Source: a bacterium | Lineage (GTDB): Bacteria; Margulisbacteria; WOR-1; O2-12-FULL-45-9; XYB2-FULL-48-7 | Reading direction: 5' to 3' | Assembly (NCBI GenBank): GCA_043812655.1 | Contig: JBDRLW010000046.1 | Location: 1 to 64,000, forward strand | Length of the DNA: 64,000 bases | Shown: piece by piece, positions 31,592-43,028 of the stretch | Layout: each line of letters starts with the position of its first letter | How positions within the stretch are numbered: position 1 is the stretch's first letter | Program-made: the position numbers and the translations under genes | The notes under the pieces: model-generated | Seen by the model: the letters and a program-made list of their open reading frames with translations, nothing else | Told to the model about the DNA's origin: nothing | The model's database searches: none

Positions 31592-32901
31592 TACATCATA
31601 ATTCGCTCTACAAGAGTGCCGTCAATTAGAAAATTGTAAGCATTTTGTTCTGTAAAAGCATAAATGATCAATAAAAGATTCAATAGGATGATCAGAAAAA
31701 CTAGTTTTAGTTTAGATCCCCAGATTTGCCGCCAGTTGAATATTAGAACAATAATTAGTACGAACCACAAGATTTGCCAATCGGCATATGTAAACATCCG
31801 TTTACTGATTTGATTTATTATATTAACTAACGAAGGTGTACCGTAAGGCAATGCGGTGGAAATTGATGGCAAAATAGCCGGCTGATTATTACTGGCGACA
31901 GGGATCATTTTATTGATTAATAATTGAAATTGAGAGATCAATGAGCTTTTCGGATTTATTAACCAGGGAAAAGCGACGATGATCGTTGTCACTAAAAAAG
32001 TCAGCCCTGATTTATTCTCTTGGCGATTTTCCAAGAAAATATATAAAAGTAAAATAAAGTAAGCGATTATCCAGAGCGGAATACCGAGCTGTTTTACGAA
32101 ACAGCCTAAACCAAAATATATCGCCGAAAAACATAAAAAAGAATGCTTATTTATGCGCATCCAACGAAATAAATAAATAACGCCAACTGAATAATAAAAG
32201 GTTTGCATGAAATCGGAGTAAGCTGTTCCTACATGATAGATAATTAGCGGGAAAGAGGTGAGAAGCAAGGTAAAAAACAACGCTTTAAGCCGATCCATTT
32301 CCTGTCGTAAATTAAAATAGAAGATCAAAATCAGCGCAACAAAACAAAGAGGAAAAACTATCTTGCCAATTGCGTCATTCCAAGTCCCGATCCCCATATA
32401 TATCCAAGCTTGGGATAATGGGTTTAAATAGGGATGGGGGCCAGCCAATTCTATAGCTTGGGGAGTTAAGACTTTGCCAGTCGTAAAAATAAGCTTAGCA
32501 ATTGCTCCTTGGCGCCAGAGGTCATCGAAATTTACGATTGGCTTCACTAAAGCGTCGAAAAAGACATAAATGACAATTACAGCAATTAAAATAAACAAGA
32601 TTGATTCAGTGATTGATATGTTAGGGAGTAAAATGTTTAGTTTTATCTTAGGCTTTAGAAAAAGTAAAAATATTCCAATAATTATTAGCGCCGGTAATGA
32701 GCTGGTTAGTAGATTTAAAGGGATGTCAAACAATGAAAGAACAAACATCTCCATTCCCAGTAATCCAAGGCCGATCCCCCAAGCCAGAGCAGTTCTTTCA
32801 AGAAAATTGATTTTCAATTTCTCCCTGGTTATCAAAGAAACCACACAAAAACCTAGGATTAACGGCAATAATATAGTTAATAACAATCTAGTTAAGATCA
32901 T
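31525..32901 (-). CDS. polytopic membrane protein, GT-C (ArnT/PMT-like) glycosyltransferase candidate
   Basis: many TMs, periplasmic FDDLW acidic motif, HPYLNPL, YSD, K..G pattern. Confidence 0.55.
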   Translation of the reverse strand: MILTRLLLTILLPLILGFCVVSLITREKLKINFLERTALAWGIGLGLLGMEMFVLSLFDIPLNLLTSSLPALIIIGIFLLFLKPKIKLNILLPNISITESILFILIAVIVIYVFFDALVKPIVNFDDLWRQGAIAKLIFTTGKVLTPQAIELAGPHPYLNPLSQAWIYMGIGTWNDAIGKIVFPLCFVALILIFYFNLRQEMDRLKALFFTLLLTSFPLIIYHVGTAYSDFMQTFYYSVGVIYLFRWMRINKHSFLCFSAIYFGLGCFVKQLGIPLWIIAYFILLLYIFLENRQENKSGLTFLVTTIIVAFPWLINPKSSLISQFQLLINKMIPVASNNQPAILPSISTALPYGTPSLVNIINQISKRMFTYADWQILWFVLIIVLIFNWRQIWGSKLKLVFLIILLNLLLIIYAFTEQNAYNFLIDGTLVERIMMYQIPVVLFLIALCSNEKYLCPK

Positions 32902-33966
32902 TTATTGCACCTTTTTCATAATATATTGGCCATCAGCAAATTTAGCATAAAAAGAAAAAGTTTTATTTACATGTTGGTTTGGGTCAGATTGGAAAAACAG
33001 CAGGTATTCAGCTTCTTGACTTATATCCCTTGTAAGGACATGGGGAATTAAATAAATCCTAGCTTGTAGTTCCGCCGCGTATCTTGATGATAAAAAAGCG
33101 AACTTTACTGGTTTTTTTGGTAGTTTCTCTTTAGCAAAAGCCAAATATTTATAAAAATCCTTTCCATAAGTGATTTCCCTTTTAGCTTCGATTGACTTGC
33201 CAAAATACTTCGAAAAGTTGTCTTTAAATATATTGAAGTAATTAAAATATGAACTAAATGTAAGAAGGATCCAGAAAAAGAATGCAAGGAATAGGGTTTG
33301 TTTGCCGGATTCTTGGAAAATCGAGTAAAAGATGGCTTGATCTTTCTTTTTTGTTTTCTTATTCGCTTTTTGTGACTTATAATAATTTAATGTAAATAAA
33401 AAGAGGAAACCAAGCCCAATCAGCCAATAAACGTAAAGATTGATCGATCGGCCGAAAAACGAGCTGCTTGGGATCAAATTGATCGTGCTTCCTATAACGA
33501 CTCTCCCTTTTGGTCCCCAAAACTCCCGCCACCCCGACCGAATATTCGTAAAAAGATCGCCTGGGATGGCTTTAGCCGACTCGATCTCAACTCCTTGAGA
33601 ACCGCCATCGGGAAAGATCAAGATCTGGGGGATAAAGCCGATCCAGTATGGATTTTGCGACTTAACGTTGAAAACATATTCTTTGGGAGAATCAGATTTG
33701 TTCAGGAAAAACCAAAGGCTTTTAGGTTCATTCATTTGCTGGTCAAGCGATGAAGCCCAAAAAAGACGGGCAGTGCCGCTTTTAACTGATTTGATCTTTA
33801 TAATTAAAGTAGTAAATTCTTCAGCATCAACATTCATTTCCGGCGCGCCTACGATATATGGGGTGCCGGCTGGTTTAGTGAAAGAAAAATTGATCTCATC
33901 AAGCGCGGCAGCAAACGAAGAAAAAATAAATAAAAAGCATATCAACAACCAAGAAACGCGTCTCAT
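32902..33966 (-). CDS. hypothetical membrane protein (signal peptide, beta-rich domain, two TMs)
   Basis: long ORF translationally coupled to neighbours; hydrophobic segments. Confidence 0.6.
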   Translation of the reverse strand: MRRVSWLLICFLFIFSSFAAALDEINFSFTKPAGTPYIVGAPEMNVDAEEFTTLIIKIKSVKSGTARLFWASSLDQQMNEPKSLWFFLNKSDSPKEYVFNVKSQNPYWIGFIPQILIFPDGGSQGVEIESAKAIPGDLFTNIRSGWREFWGPKGRVVIGSTINLIPSSSFFGRSINLYVYWLIGLGFLFLFTLNYYKSQKANKKTKKKDQAIFYSIFQESGKQTLFLAFFFWILLTFSSYFNYFNIFKDNFSKYFGKSIEAKREITYGKDFYKYLAFAKEKLPKKPVKFAFLSSRYAAELQARIYLIPHVLTRDISQEAEYLLFFQSDPNQHVNKTFSFYAKFADGQYIMKKVQ

Positions 33967-34817
33967 CTTTTAGCCTTCTCTTGATAGAGTTTTATTAGCT
34001 TCTCCGTGACCGGGCAGCATTTCCCTTTACCGATTTTCCGGTTCCCGATCCGGGTGATCGGAATGATCCCGGTCCCCGACATGGTAACAAAACATTCGTC
34101 GGCATTATAGAGCTCCCTGGGTGTAAAAGACCTTTCCAGCACCCTGATCGCCGATTGTTTGGCCAAGGCCATCACAAAATCACGGGTAATGCCGCGCAAG
34201 ATCGGGGCGGTGGCGGGCGGAGTGTAGAGCGAGCCAAGTTTAACAATAAAAAGATTACTGACTGTCCCTTCTAGCAAATGGCCTTTCTCATCAAGAAAAA
34301 AAGCTTCTTTAGCGCCGGCTTTTTTGGCTTCGGCCAGGGCGAGCGCGTTATCAATATAGCAAAGAGTTTTAAGTTGGTTAGTCGGTGAATCGGTTCGTTT
34401 AAAAGAAGAAATGATGGCTTTCAGCCCATTAGTAAAAAGTTCTTTCCTTGGTTCTTTCAATTCTTCGGCAATAATAATAACGTTTGGTTTTCCAGTAGTA
34501 TTAGAAAAAGAGAGCCCGTGCCCAAGCGCGTCGCCCCTGGTAATTATTACTTTAAGGTAAGTTTCCTTAAAATTATTAAGCCTTATGGCGGTAAGGATAA
34601 AACTTTTAAGTTTATTTATATTGTAAGGTGAACGGATCCCGAGTGCTTTAGCTCCGGCTAGCAGTCTTTTTAAATGCTCATCCAGCAAAAATGGTTTTTT
34701 ATTGTAGGTCCTGAAAGACTCAAAGACTCCGTCACCATAAAGAAATCCCCGGTCAAAAACCGTGATCTTTGCTTTATTAGCCGGAACAAAATTGCCGTTA
34801 ATAAATATTTTATTCAT
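33963..34817 (-). CDS. class IV aminotransferase (IlvE/PabC/Dat family)
   Basis: DRGFLYGDGVFE, KTLCY, EGTVSNLF, ILRGITR. Confidence 0.88.
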   Translation of the reverse strand: MNKIFINGNFVPANKAKITVFDRGFLYGDGVFESFRTYNKKPFLLDEHLKRLLAGAKALGIRSPYNINKLKSFILTAIRLNNFKETYLKVIITRGDALGHGLSFSNTTGKPNVIIIAEELKEPRKELFTNGLKAIISSFKRTDSPTNQLKTLCYIDNALALAEAKKAGAKEAFFLDEKGHLLEGTVSNLFIVKLGSLYTPPATAPILRGITRDFVMALAKQSAIRVLERSFTPRELYNADECFVTMSGTGIIPITRIGNRKIGKGKCCPVTEKLIKLYQEKAKR

Positions 34818-34818
34818 A

Positions 34819-35397
34819 TTACGCGAACGTACTAAAATTCGACGCGTCCCAAAGTGTTGGGCTTAGTGTTGGATATTCTGGTCGTTTACCGGCGATCATC
34901 CCATCGATCATCGTTGCCAACCGATCAAGTTCTTGGTTAGGGGCATTTTCGGAAAGTTTTGGTTGTCCGGTCGCAATATCGATCACCGTAATGCCGGTGT
35001 CGCTGATGATCTTAATGTTTTCAGAATAAACTTTGCCGTTTTCCACCCGCCAGGCGTAAAATTCCGGGTTATAACGGTCTTGCAAGCCAATAATAAATAA
35101 ATATTTCTGATTGTGTGATAAGTCCTGGGCCGAAGGGACAGGGATCCCCTTAGGATGGGTGTGATAAATGCCAAGATATTCCAGCTGATGCTTAACTAAA
35201 AAACGATAGGCAGTATCGATATCATCGGACGAGAGGGCAAACGTCTCTGTCCGGTTGTATAAATGTTTGTTGGGGATCGGCAAAACGCCTAAGATCGTAT
35301 TTTCCCGTCCGCCTAAAAAACCACCAGTTTCTTGAGGGTAGCAAGCTTGGGCCTGCTTCATGATGATATCGTATTGCCGCTGGGTGATCCTAAACAT
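34819..35397 (-). CDS. JAB/MPN (Mov34) metalloprotease with C-terminal extension
   Basis: E..G.L.G and YHTHPKGIPVPSAQD JAMM motif. Confidence 0.85.
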   Translation of the reverse strand: MFRITQRQYDIIMKQAQACYPQETGGFLGGRENTILGVLPIPNKHLYNRTETFALSSDDIDTAYRFLVKHQLEYLGIYHTHPKGIPVPSAQDLSHNQKYLFIIGLQDRYNPEFYAWRVENGKVYSENIKIISDTGITVIDIATGQPKLSENAPNQELDRLATMIDGMIAGKRPEYPTLSPTLWDASNFSTFA

Positions 35398-35507
35398 AAT
35401 TGATTATAATTATAACATGTAATATAATAGTAAGGTTTTATTTATAAAAACTGCCAAGTTAAAAGCTTTTTAAATATAAAATTGGCAGGAATGAAAGGGG
35501 AAAAGAA

Positions 35508-37484
35508 ATGAAAATGATCTATTTGCCATTGATCTCGGGGGTATTGGGGGCGATTTTCGCCTTATTCTTATATTTTAAGGTCATTAAGCAATCAATGGGG
35601 ACGGATAAGATGAAAGAGATCGCCGGATTGATCCAAGAAGGGGCAATGGCTTATTTGAACCGGCAATACCGGGTGGTCTTGATCTTTATTATTGTTATCT
35701 TTTTTGTTTTAACTTTTTTAATTAATATTTATGTTTCGATCGCGTATCTTTTTGGCGGGATTTGTTCTATGCTAGCCGGTTATATCGGGATGAATGCTGC
35801 GACCAGGGCAAATGTTCGAACTGCCAGCGCCGCAGCTGAAAAGAACCAAGGTAAATCGTTAGGGATAGCTTTTTCCGGTGGGGCGGTTATGGGAATGGCG
35901 GTCGCTTCGATCGGTGTATTAGGCTTAGGATTATTGTTCCTTTTTGTAAAGGGCCTCGCTTTAAAAGCGGCGATGATCGGCGGGTTTTCGATGGGGGCAT
36001 CCTCGATCGCCCTGTTTGCCCGAGTTGGCGGCGGAATATACACAAAATCGGCCGATGTTGGGGCTGACCTGGTCGGTAAAGTTGAAGCGGGGATCCCGGA
36101 AGATGATCCCAGGAATCCGGCGGTGATCGCTGATAATGTGGGCGATGTGGCGGGCATGGGTGCCGATCTTTTTGAATCTTATGTCGGTTCGGTCGTCGCG
36201 ACAGTTGCCATTGGAGCGCTTATGGCGACCAATCCTCTTTCCTGGATGATGCTGCCGCTAATGTTGATCGCGGCGGGCACGATCGCTTCTATAATCGGCG
36301 TTTTATTTATTGAGTTCATCCAAAACATGAATCCGCAGGCGGCTTTGCGTTATTCGACTTATGTGGCACAAGGTTTATTTATTATTGCCGCTTTTTTCCT
36401 GTCAAAGATCGTGGTCGGCAGTCTCGATGTTTTTTGGGCGATCTTGGCCGGTATCTTGGTTGGCATGGCGATCGGATTGATCTCGGAAATGTACACTTCG
36501 GGTAAAATATTAAAAGAAATTGCTGAAGCCTGTAAAACGGGGCCCGCCACAAATATTATCGCCGGTTTATCGATCGGGATGAAGAGCACTGTTTTCCCGA
36601 TCCTGTCTATCTGCGCCGCGATTTTTATCGCTTATAAATTTGCCGGCCTTTACGGCATTGCCATTTCGGCGGTGGGGATGCTTGGGACGACCGGGATCAT
36701 TATGGCGGTTGATGCTTATGGGCCGATCGCCGATAATGCCGGCGGCATTGTTACTATGTCGGGAGCGGCACCCGAAGCCAGGAAGATCACCGATACCCTA
36801 GATTCGCTCGGCAATACTACCGCCGCGATCGGAAAAGGTTTCGCGATCGGTTCTGCCGCGTTGACCGCGTTAGCCTTGTTTGCCGCTTATACCCAGGTAG
36901 TGAATTTAAGATCGATCAATGTCCTCAAACCTGAAGTCGTGATCGGCTTATTTTTGGGAGGATTGGTCCCTTTTGCTTATGTATCGATGACCTTGCAGGC
37001 GGTAGGGCGGGCGGCCTTTAAAATGGTTGAAGAAGTGCGCCGCCAATTTAGAGACATTAAAGGACTGCTTGAGGGAAAAGCCAAACCAGACATAAAAAAA
37101 TGCGTCGATATTAGCACTGACGCGGCGCTAAAAGAAATGATGATCCCAGGAATCTCAGCTGTTATCATTCCTATAGTGGTTGGTATTGTTCTTGGGCCGG
37201 AAGCGTTGGGCGGGTTGCTGGCTGGCGCCTTATGTGTTGGCGTGCCAATGGCGATCATGCTCGCGAACTCTGGCGCTGTTTGGGATAACGGCAAGAAATT
37301 GATCGAAGATGGTTATTTAGGCGGCAAGGGGACTCCCATCCATGCGGCCGCTGTAGTAGGAGATACTGTTGGCGATCCTTTTAAAGATACCAGCGGGCCG
37401 GCGATGAATATTCTTCTTAAGTTAATGGCTATTGTTTCTTTAGTCTTGGGGCCGGTCTTAGCGGCAATTCACTTTGCCCTTTGA
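35508..37484 (+). CDS. hppA: membrane-integral pyrophosphatase, K+-dependent, probably Na+-translocating
   Basis: [46 protein letters not shown]. Confidence 0.9.
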   Translation: MKMIYLPLISGVLGAIFALFLYFKVIKQSMGTDKMKEIAGLIQEGAMAYLNRQYRVVLIFIIVIFFVLTFLINIYVSIAYLFGGICSMLAGYIGMNAATRANVRTASAAAEKNQGKSLGIAFSGGAVMGMAVASIGVLGLGLLFLFVKGLALKAAMIGGFSMGASSIALFARVGGGIYTKSADVGADLVGKVEAGIPEDDPRNPAVIADNVGDVAGMGADLFESYVGSVVATVAIGALMATNPLSWMMLPLMLIAAGTIASIIGVLFIEFIQNMNPQAALRYSTYVAQGLFIIAAFFLSKIVVGSLDVFWAILAGILVGMAIGLISEMYTSGKILKEIAEACKTGPATNIIAGLSIGMKSTVFPILSICAAIFIAYKFAGLYGIAISAVGMLGTTGIIMAVDAYGPIADNAGGIVTMSGAAPEARKITDTLDSLGNTTAAIGKGFAIGSAALTALALFAAYTQVVNLRSINVLKPEVVIGLFLGGLVPFAYVSMTLQAVGRAAFKMVEEVRRQFRDIKGLLEGKAKPDIKKCVDISTDAALKEMMIPGISAVIIPIVVGIVLGPEALGGLLAGALCVGVPMAIMLANSGAVWDNGKKLIEDGYLGGKGTPIHAAAVVGDTVGDPFKDTSGPAMNILLKLMAIVSLVLGPVLAAIHFAL

Positions 37485-37528
37485 GCTATCTTTGAAGATA
37501 GTAATTTGTTGTTGGGGTTGATCCAGGC

Positions 37529-38146
37529 TTAAGAGGAGGCGGGTTTAACCCTTTCCATCTTTAGTAGGACTACTTTACTGCTTCGTTCCAGCTCGGAGAG
37601 TTTCATTTTGATCAAATTCACGTTCCGCTGTAATTCTGGGATCAAAATATATTCTAGCGCGTTCACCCGGCGGCGGGTTTCAATGATCTGTTCGGCCAAA
37701 AGGCGCAGCGATTTGCTTAAGGCGGCCATTCTTACCAGTTCCGGGAGCAAAGAGATAAAAAGGTCGGAGGCTTCTTTTGCTTCAACTGAAGCGGATAGCC
37801 CCTTAAATAGTGGTTTTCCTTCCACGGAAAAAGAATAATCAGGGATCTTCACCCCCATTATGTTGCGGATGGTCGTTTGCAGGGTAATGGTAGGTTTTAA
37901 TTTTTCCTCAACTTCAAAAGCGTTGGGAGACGAAAGGGCGTAGGCAAAAAGAGAACTTGAAAAAAGGGAGACCATCTTTACCTCTAGATCCTCGTGCAGG
38001 GAGAGATAGTCTTTTTTAATAGTAAAAAACCGTTGGACCAAGCCGTCTAATTTGTCCTTCAGCAGCTTATGCCCGCGCCGCGCCAGCTCAAGTCGGCTTC
38101 GCAGCTTGAGCAGCTGCATGCGGGTGGGATTAACTCTGATGCGCAT
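37529..38146 (-). CDS. ntpD: V/A-type ATPase subunit D
   Basis: [25 protein letters not shown]. Confidence 0.92.
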   Translation of the reverse strand: MRIRVNPTRMQLLKLRSRLELARRGHKLLKDKLDGLVQRFFTIKKDYLSLHEDLEVKMVSLFSSSLFAYALSSPNAFEVEEKLKPTITLQTTIRNIMGVKIPDYSFSVEGKPLFKGLSASVEAKEASDLFISLLPELVRMAALSKSLRLLAEQIIETRRRVNALEYILIPELQRNVNLIKMKLSELERSSKVVLLKMERVKPASS

Positions 38147-39485
38147 ATTTTTCGATGATCTCGTCTTTAACGCGTTTTAATTCCGCCCGGGGTAAAAGGT
38201 TCAATAACCGCCAGGAAATAGAGAGAGTCTCGTTGATGGTCCGGTTTTCTGTCTCTTTTTGCCGAATGAAAAGGCTTTCAAATTCATCCGCGAACTTTAA
38301 ATATTTACGGTCTAGTTCGGAAAGCGCCGCTTCGCCTAAGATGACTACCAGTTCGCGCACCTCGCGGCCTCTGGCGTAAGCGGCAAAAAGCTGGTTGGCA
38401 ACGCCGGCGTGGTCTTCCCGTGTTTTCCCGGCGCCGATCGCTTTGTCCCTTAGCCTGGAAAGTGAAGGGAGCGGGTCAACCGGCGGATAGATCCCTTTTC
38501 TTTCCAGCTCGCGGCTTAAAATTATTTGGCCTTCAGTGATATAGCCGGTCAGGTCGGGAATAGGATGGGTTTTATCGTCATCAGGCATGGTTAATATGGG
38601 GATCAGGGTGATCGATCCATTCTTCCCTTTTATCCTGCCCGCCCTTTCATAAAGAGTGGCCAGGTCGGTGTATAAATAGCCGGGATAACCGCGCCGACCC
38701 GGGACCTCTTTCCTGGCGGCTGAAACTTCCCTTAAGCTTTCACAATAATTGGTCATGTCGGTCAAGATGACCAGGATATGCAGGTCTTTTTCAAACGCCA
38801 GGTATTCCGCGGCGGTTAAAGCCAAGCGGGGAGTGGCGATCCGTTCAATAGCCGGGTCAGAAGCTAAGTTTATAAAAAGGACCGCGTTCTCAATGGCGCC
38901 GGTTTTCCTGAAATTGGAAATAAAAAATTCTGATTCTTCATAAGTGATCCCCATAGCGGCAAATACGACCGCGAAATCCTCGTTTTTTACGCTTGCTTGG
39001 CGGGCGATTTGCGCCGCGATCCTGGAATGGGGGAGGCCCGAACCAGAAAAGATCGGCAATTTTTGTCCGCGGGTCAAAGTATTCAAGCCATCGATCGTTG
39101 AAATCCCGGTTTGGATAAAGTCATTAGGATAATCACGGGCGTAAGGATTGATCGGGTCCCCGTTAATATCCAGCTTTTTTTCCGGGATAATGGCGGGTGC
39201 GCCGTCGATGGGACGGCCAATACCGGAAAATATCCGGCCTAGAATATCGGGAGAGACGGGCAGCTCCAAGCCATGCCCGCGGAATTTCAGGTTAAGGCTG
39301 GAGATATCCAACCCATCGGTCCCTTCAAAAACTTGGATCAGCGCCTTATCCCTGTTTATCTCCAGAATTTTACCTAAACGGATCTCTCCCGAACGAAGCT
39401 TAATTTCTACTAATTCATCGTAAGAGGCGCCTGAAACGCCTTCCAATAAAATTAGCGGCCCAGAAATTTCTGCGATTTTGATCAT
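38130..39485 (-). CDS. ntpB: V/A-type ATPase subunit B
   Basis: [45 protein letters not shown]. Confidence 0.95.
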   Translation of the reverse strand: MIKIAEISGPLILLEGVSGASYDELVEIKLRSGEIRLGKILEINRDKALIQVFEGTDGLDISSLNLKFRGHGLELPVSPDILGRIFSGIGRPIDGAPAIIPEKKLDINGDPINPYARDYPNDFIQTGISTIDGLNTLTRGQKLPIFSGSGLPHSRIAAQIARQASVKNEDFAVVFAAMGITYEESEFFISNFRKTGAIENAVLFINLASDPAIERIATPRLALTAAEYLAFEKDLHILVILTDMTNYCESLREVSAARKEVPGRRGYPGYLYTDLATLYERAGRIKGKNGSITLIPILTMPDDDKTHPIPDLTGYITEGQIILSRELERKGIYPPVDPLPSLSRLRDKAIGAGKTREDHAGVANQLFAAYARGREVRELVVILGEAALSELDRKYLKFADEFESLFIRQKETENRTINETLSISWRLLNLLPRAELKRVKDEIIEKYAHQS

Positions 39486-39486
39486 A

Positions 39487-41211
39487 TTATTTTATTTTTC
39501 CTTCCAAATTACGCGTCGACTGCGCGATATTCTCCAGTATCCCGGTTATTTCCTCTTCTCCCATAAAACGGCAGCGGACGATCTTATCCACAACCTCTAG
39601 TTTCCTGATCTCATCCAAACAGACCCCGGCATCCAGCGCGAGCTCCGCCTGGTCATTTAAAAGCAAAATAGCCTTTAAGATCAAATATTGTTTCTTTAAG
39701 GTGGTGTACTGGTCGATCGGGTCAAAAGCGCCTTGATAAAGAAAATCTTCCCTGATCAATTTAGCAGTAAATAAAAGAAGCTGTTCTTTAAAAGAAAGTG
39801 ATTCCATGCCGACTAGCCTGACGATCTCTTCCAATTGAGCTTCATGGGCTAAGATCTTTAGCGCTTTGGCCCTAACTTCGTAGAAATCTTCAGCTACTTC
39901 CCGTGAAAAGTAATCTTTTAAGCCTTCCAGGTAGAGTGAGTAGGAAAGCAGCCAGTTTATGGCGGGAAAATGCCGTTTGTGGGCAAGATTTTCATCTAAG
40001 CCCCAAAAAACTTTAGCTACGCGCAAAGTGTTTTGTACGACCGGTTCCGACAGGTCGCCGCCGGGAGGTGAAACCGAACCGATGATAGTGAGCGAGCCTT
40101 CTCTGGCCGGCTTTCCCACGCATTGGCCGAAGCCGGCACGCTCATAAAAATCGGCCAGGCGCGAACCGAGATAAGCGGGATAACCTTCTTCGCCCGGCAT
40201 TTCTTCAAGGCGTCCTGACATTTCCCTCAATGCTTCTGCCCAACGGGAGGTGGAATCAGCTAAAAGCGCGACATGATAACCCATATCACGGAAATATTCG
40301 GCAATAGCCGCGCCAGTGTAAACAGAAGCTTCTCTGGCGGCGATCGGCATATTCGCGGTATTGGCGATCAAAATAGTCCTTTCCAAAAGCGGCCGGCCGC
40401 TTTTGGGATCCTTTAATTCCGGGAATTCGATCAGCACGTCGGTCATCTCATTGCCGCGCTCACCACAACCGATAAAAATAATGATATCCGCGTCAGCCCA
40501 TTTGGCAAGCTGATGCTGGATCACGGTTTTCCCCGCGCCAAAAGGCCCTGGGATGCAAGCGGCTCCCCCTTTTCCAAGAGGGAAAAAAGCGTCAATGATC
40601 CTTTGCCCCGTAACTAAAGGGACCTTGACCGGTGACTTTTCTTTTAAAATTCTTCGTTTCCTGACCGGCCATTTTTGGAGCATGCGAATTTTTTGCCCTG
40701 AAATGGTCGCGATCGTTTCCTCAATAGTAAATTTCCCGCTTTTGATCTCTTCAATTTTGCCGGTGATCCCGGACGGGACCATGATCTTGTGGTTAACCAG
40801 GGCTGTTTCTTGGACAGTTCCCAGCAGGTCCCCTTCAGAAACTTGGTCGCCTTTCATTAATACGGGAACAAACTCCCATTTTTTTGAACGGGAGAGAGCT
40901 GGGACTTCTATTCCCCGAGTAATGAATGGGCCCGTTTTTTTCATGATCTCTTCCAGCGGGCGCTGGATACCGTCAAAGATCGAACTGATCAGCCCCGGAC
41001 CTAATTCTACCGAAAGAGGGGCGCCGGTCGTTTCAACCGGATCATTAACTTTTAAACCGGCGGTTTCTTCGTACACCTGGATAGAGGCAAGATTGCCCCG
41101 CAGTTCCAGGATCTCACCGATCAACCTTTTTTCACCGATTCGTACCAGGTCGCCTTTGCGGGCATTTTCTATTTCAGCGATCACCAGCGGGCCAGCTACT
41201 TTGATTATCAT
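39487..41211 (-). CDS. ntpA: V/A-type ATPase subunit A
   Basis: [37 protein letters not shown]. Confidence 0.95.
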   Translation of the reverse strand: MIIKVAGPLVIAEIENARKGDLVRIGEKRLIGEILELRGNLASIQVYEETAGLKVNDPVETTGAPLSVELGPGLISSIFDGIQRPLEEIMKKTGPFITRGIEVPALSRSKKWEFVPVLMKGDQVSEGDLLGTVQETALVNHKIMVPSGITGKIEEIKSGKFTIEETIATISGQKIRMLQKWPVRKRRILKEKSPVKVPLVTGQRIIDAFFPLGKGGAACIPGPFGAGKTVIQHQLAKWADADIIIFIGCGERGNEMTDVLIEFPELKDPKSGRPLLERTILIANTANMPIAAREASVYTGAAIAEYFRDMGYHVALLADSTSRWAEALREMSGRLEEMPGEEGYPAYLGSRLADFYERAGFGQCVGKPAREGSLTIIGSVSPPGGDLSEPVVQNTLRVAKVFWGLDENLAHKRHFPAINWLLSYSLYLEGLKDYFSREVAEDFYEVRAKALKILAHEAQLEEIVRLVGMESLSFKEQLLLFTAKLIREDFLYQGAFDPIDQYTTLKKQYLILKAILLLNDQAELALDAGVCLDEIRKLEVVDKIVRCRFMGEEEITGILENIAQSTRNLEGKIK

Positions 41212-41212
41212 T

Positions 41213-41518
41213 TTAGGTTGACGCTCCTGTTGCTTTTGAGATCAAACGATCCAGATCTTCGTTAAAAAGGCCGATACCGCCGCGATGGTCGGGGAGGAGG
41301 ACCACGTTTATCCCCTGGTCTTCAGCTGCTTTGATGGAAGGGGTTATTTCCATGGCGGTTTGTTCAGTGATAAAAACAATGGTATGATTTCCCTTAACGA
41401 TAATATTGTTAAAAATGTCTTCTCCTTGGGGACTGGAATCACAGTAAAAAGTATCGATGCCCGAAGAGGAGAGCGGGGCAATTAGATATTTTGGGCCGAT
41501 CAGCGCGATATTAGACAT
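41213..41518 (-). CDS. V/A-type ATPase subunit F
   Basis: 101 aa, IALIG start, KATG end, position between C and A. Confidence 0.75.
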   Translation of the reverse strand: MSNIALIGPKYLIAPLSSSGIDTFYCDSSPQGEDIFNNIIVKGNHTIVFITEQTAMEITPSIKAAEDQGINVVLLPDHRGGIGLFNEDLDRLISKATGAST

Positions 41519-42221
41519 AGCTATGCCTTAACCGTTCTTTGATCTTGTCGGTTTTGACCTGCATTTTTTTTGCTACCAAGATCAAGCGGAGTATCTTTAT
41601 CTCCATTTCTTTGGCGATAAGAAAGCCGATCAGCGGTTCGATGCCAAAAGAGCAATATCTGGCTTTTTTAACCGCGTCGGTCAAATGATCGTCAATTTCC
41701 CGCTCCAGCGCAAAGAGGCTCCCGGTTTTTTTATATTGCTCCAAGCCGACCGAAATAACCCGGTCGTAATCAGTATATTTATATTTGTTTTGCGCGGTGT
41801 TAAGGTCCGCTTGACCGTTCAAAATATCAGTCCTTAACTGGTGCAAAATAATATATCCCCGAACATATTTCGTGAAAAGAGGAGGACATTCTTGTCCCAG
41901 CGATTTTTTTAGAATGGCAAGATACTCATTAAGGGTAAGGGACGGATCGTATTTTTTCCACAAAACAGTTAAGAATTTATTTCCCGGCGCCAGGTCAGCT
42001 AATAAACTCTTTGTCCATAAGAGTTCATTTTCTAATAAGGCTTCAAGATCAAAAGAGTCCGGCAAGCGGTCGATCTTTTCGGCGTAATTAGCGTTTTCGC
42101 GTAAAACCAAGAAAGCTGTTTCAAAATCTTTCGCGTCTACTAGCCGAATGATCTGGCTTTCATCCAAAAGCTGCGCTTCTAGCGCTCTGATCCTGCCGAC
42201 CGCGTAAGTAAATTCAACCAT
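41511..42221 (-). CDS. ntpC: V/A-type ATPase subunit C (short)
   Basis: YAVGRIRALEAQLL start; FGIEPLIGFLIAKEMEIKILR..IKERLR end. Confidence 0.8.
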   Translation of the reverse strand: MVEFTYAVGRIRALEAQLLDESQIIRLVDAKDFETAFLVLRENANYAEKIDRLPDSFDLEALLENELLWTKSLLADLAPGNKFLTVLWKKYDPSLTLNEYLAILKKSLGQECPPLFTKYVRGYIILHQLRTDILNGQADLNTAQNKYKYTDYDRVISVGLEQYKKTGSLFALEREIDDHLTDAVKKARYCSFGIEPLIGFLIAKEMEIKILRLILVAKKMQVKTDKIKERLRHSYV

Positions 42222-42537
42222 AAAGCACCTTAATTACTTCGGTTTCTTTCTTTTCCCTGACCTCTGGCGCTAACCCGGTGAAAACCTGGTCTAAAAATTT
42301 ATGCTTTTCTTCCAATATTTTTTTTCTGGCTTCCAATCGGGCTGGAACCAAAATAGACTGTTGTTCTTCAGCCGCGGTCAACCGGGCTTCCGCTAAGATC
42401 TGTTGGCGCGAATGTTCCGACTTTGTTTTGGCTTCAGCGATTATCCGGCCAGCTTCCTGCTCGGCCTGCTGTTTTATTTTTGCCGCTTCCGCTTCCGCTT
42501 CTTCGATGATCTTTTTTTCTATTTCCGCGATCCCCAT
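42214..42537 (-). CDS. ntpE: V/A-type ATPase subunit E (short, coiled-coil part only)
   Basis: MGIAEIEKKIIEEA..ARKKILEEK; position between K and C. Confidence 0.7.
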   Translation of the reverse strand: MGIAEIEKKIIEEAEAEAAKIKQQAEQEAGRIIAEAKTKSEHSRQQILAEARLTAAEEQQSILVPARLEARKKILEEKHKFLDQVFTGLAPEVREKKETEVIKVLYG

Positions 42538-42541
42538 TAGA

Positions 42542-43024
<483 letters not shown>

Positions 43025-43028
43025 TTAT

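Noticed and set aside
35451..35488. Na+ or other riboswitch before hppA (CTGCCAA/TTGGCAG stem)
   Set aside because: Only a 7-bp stem in AT-rich DNA; cannot match a riboswitch consensus by eye
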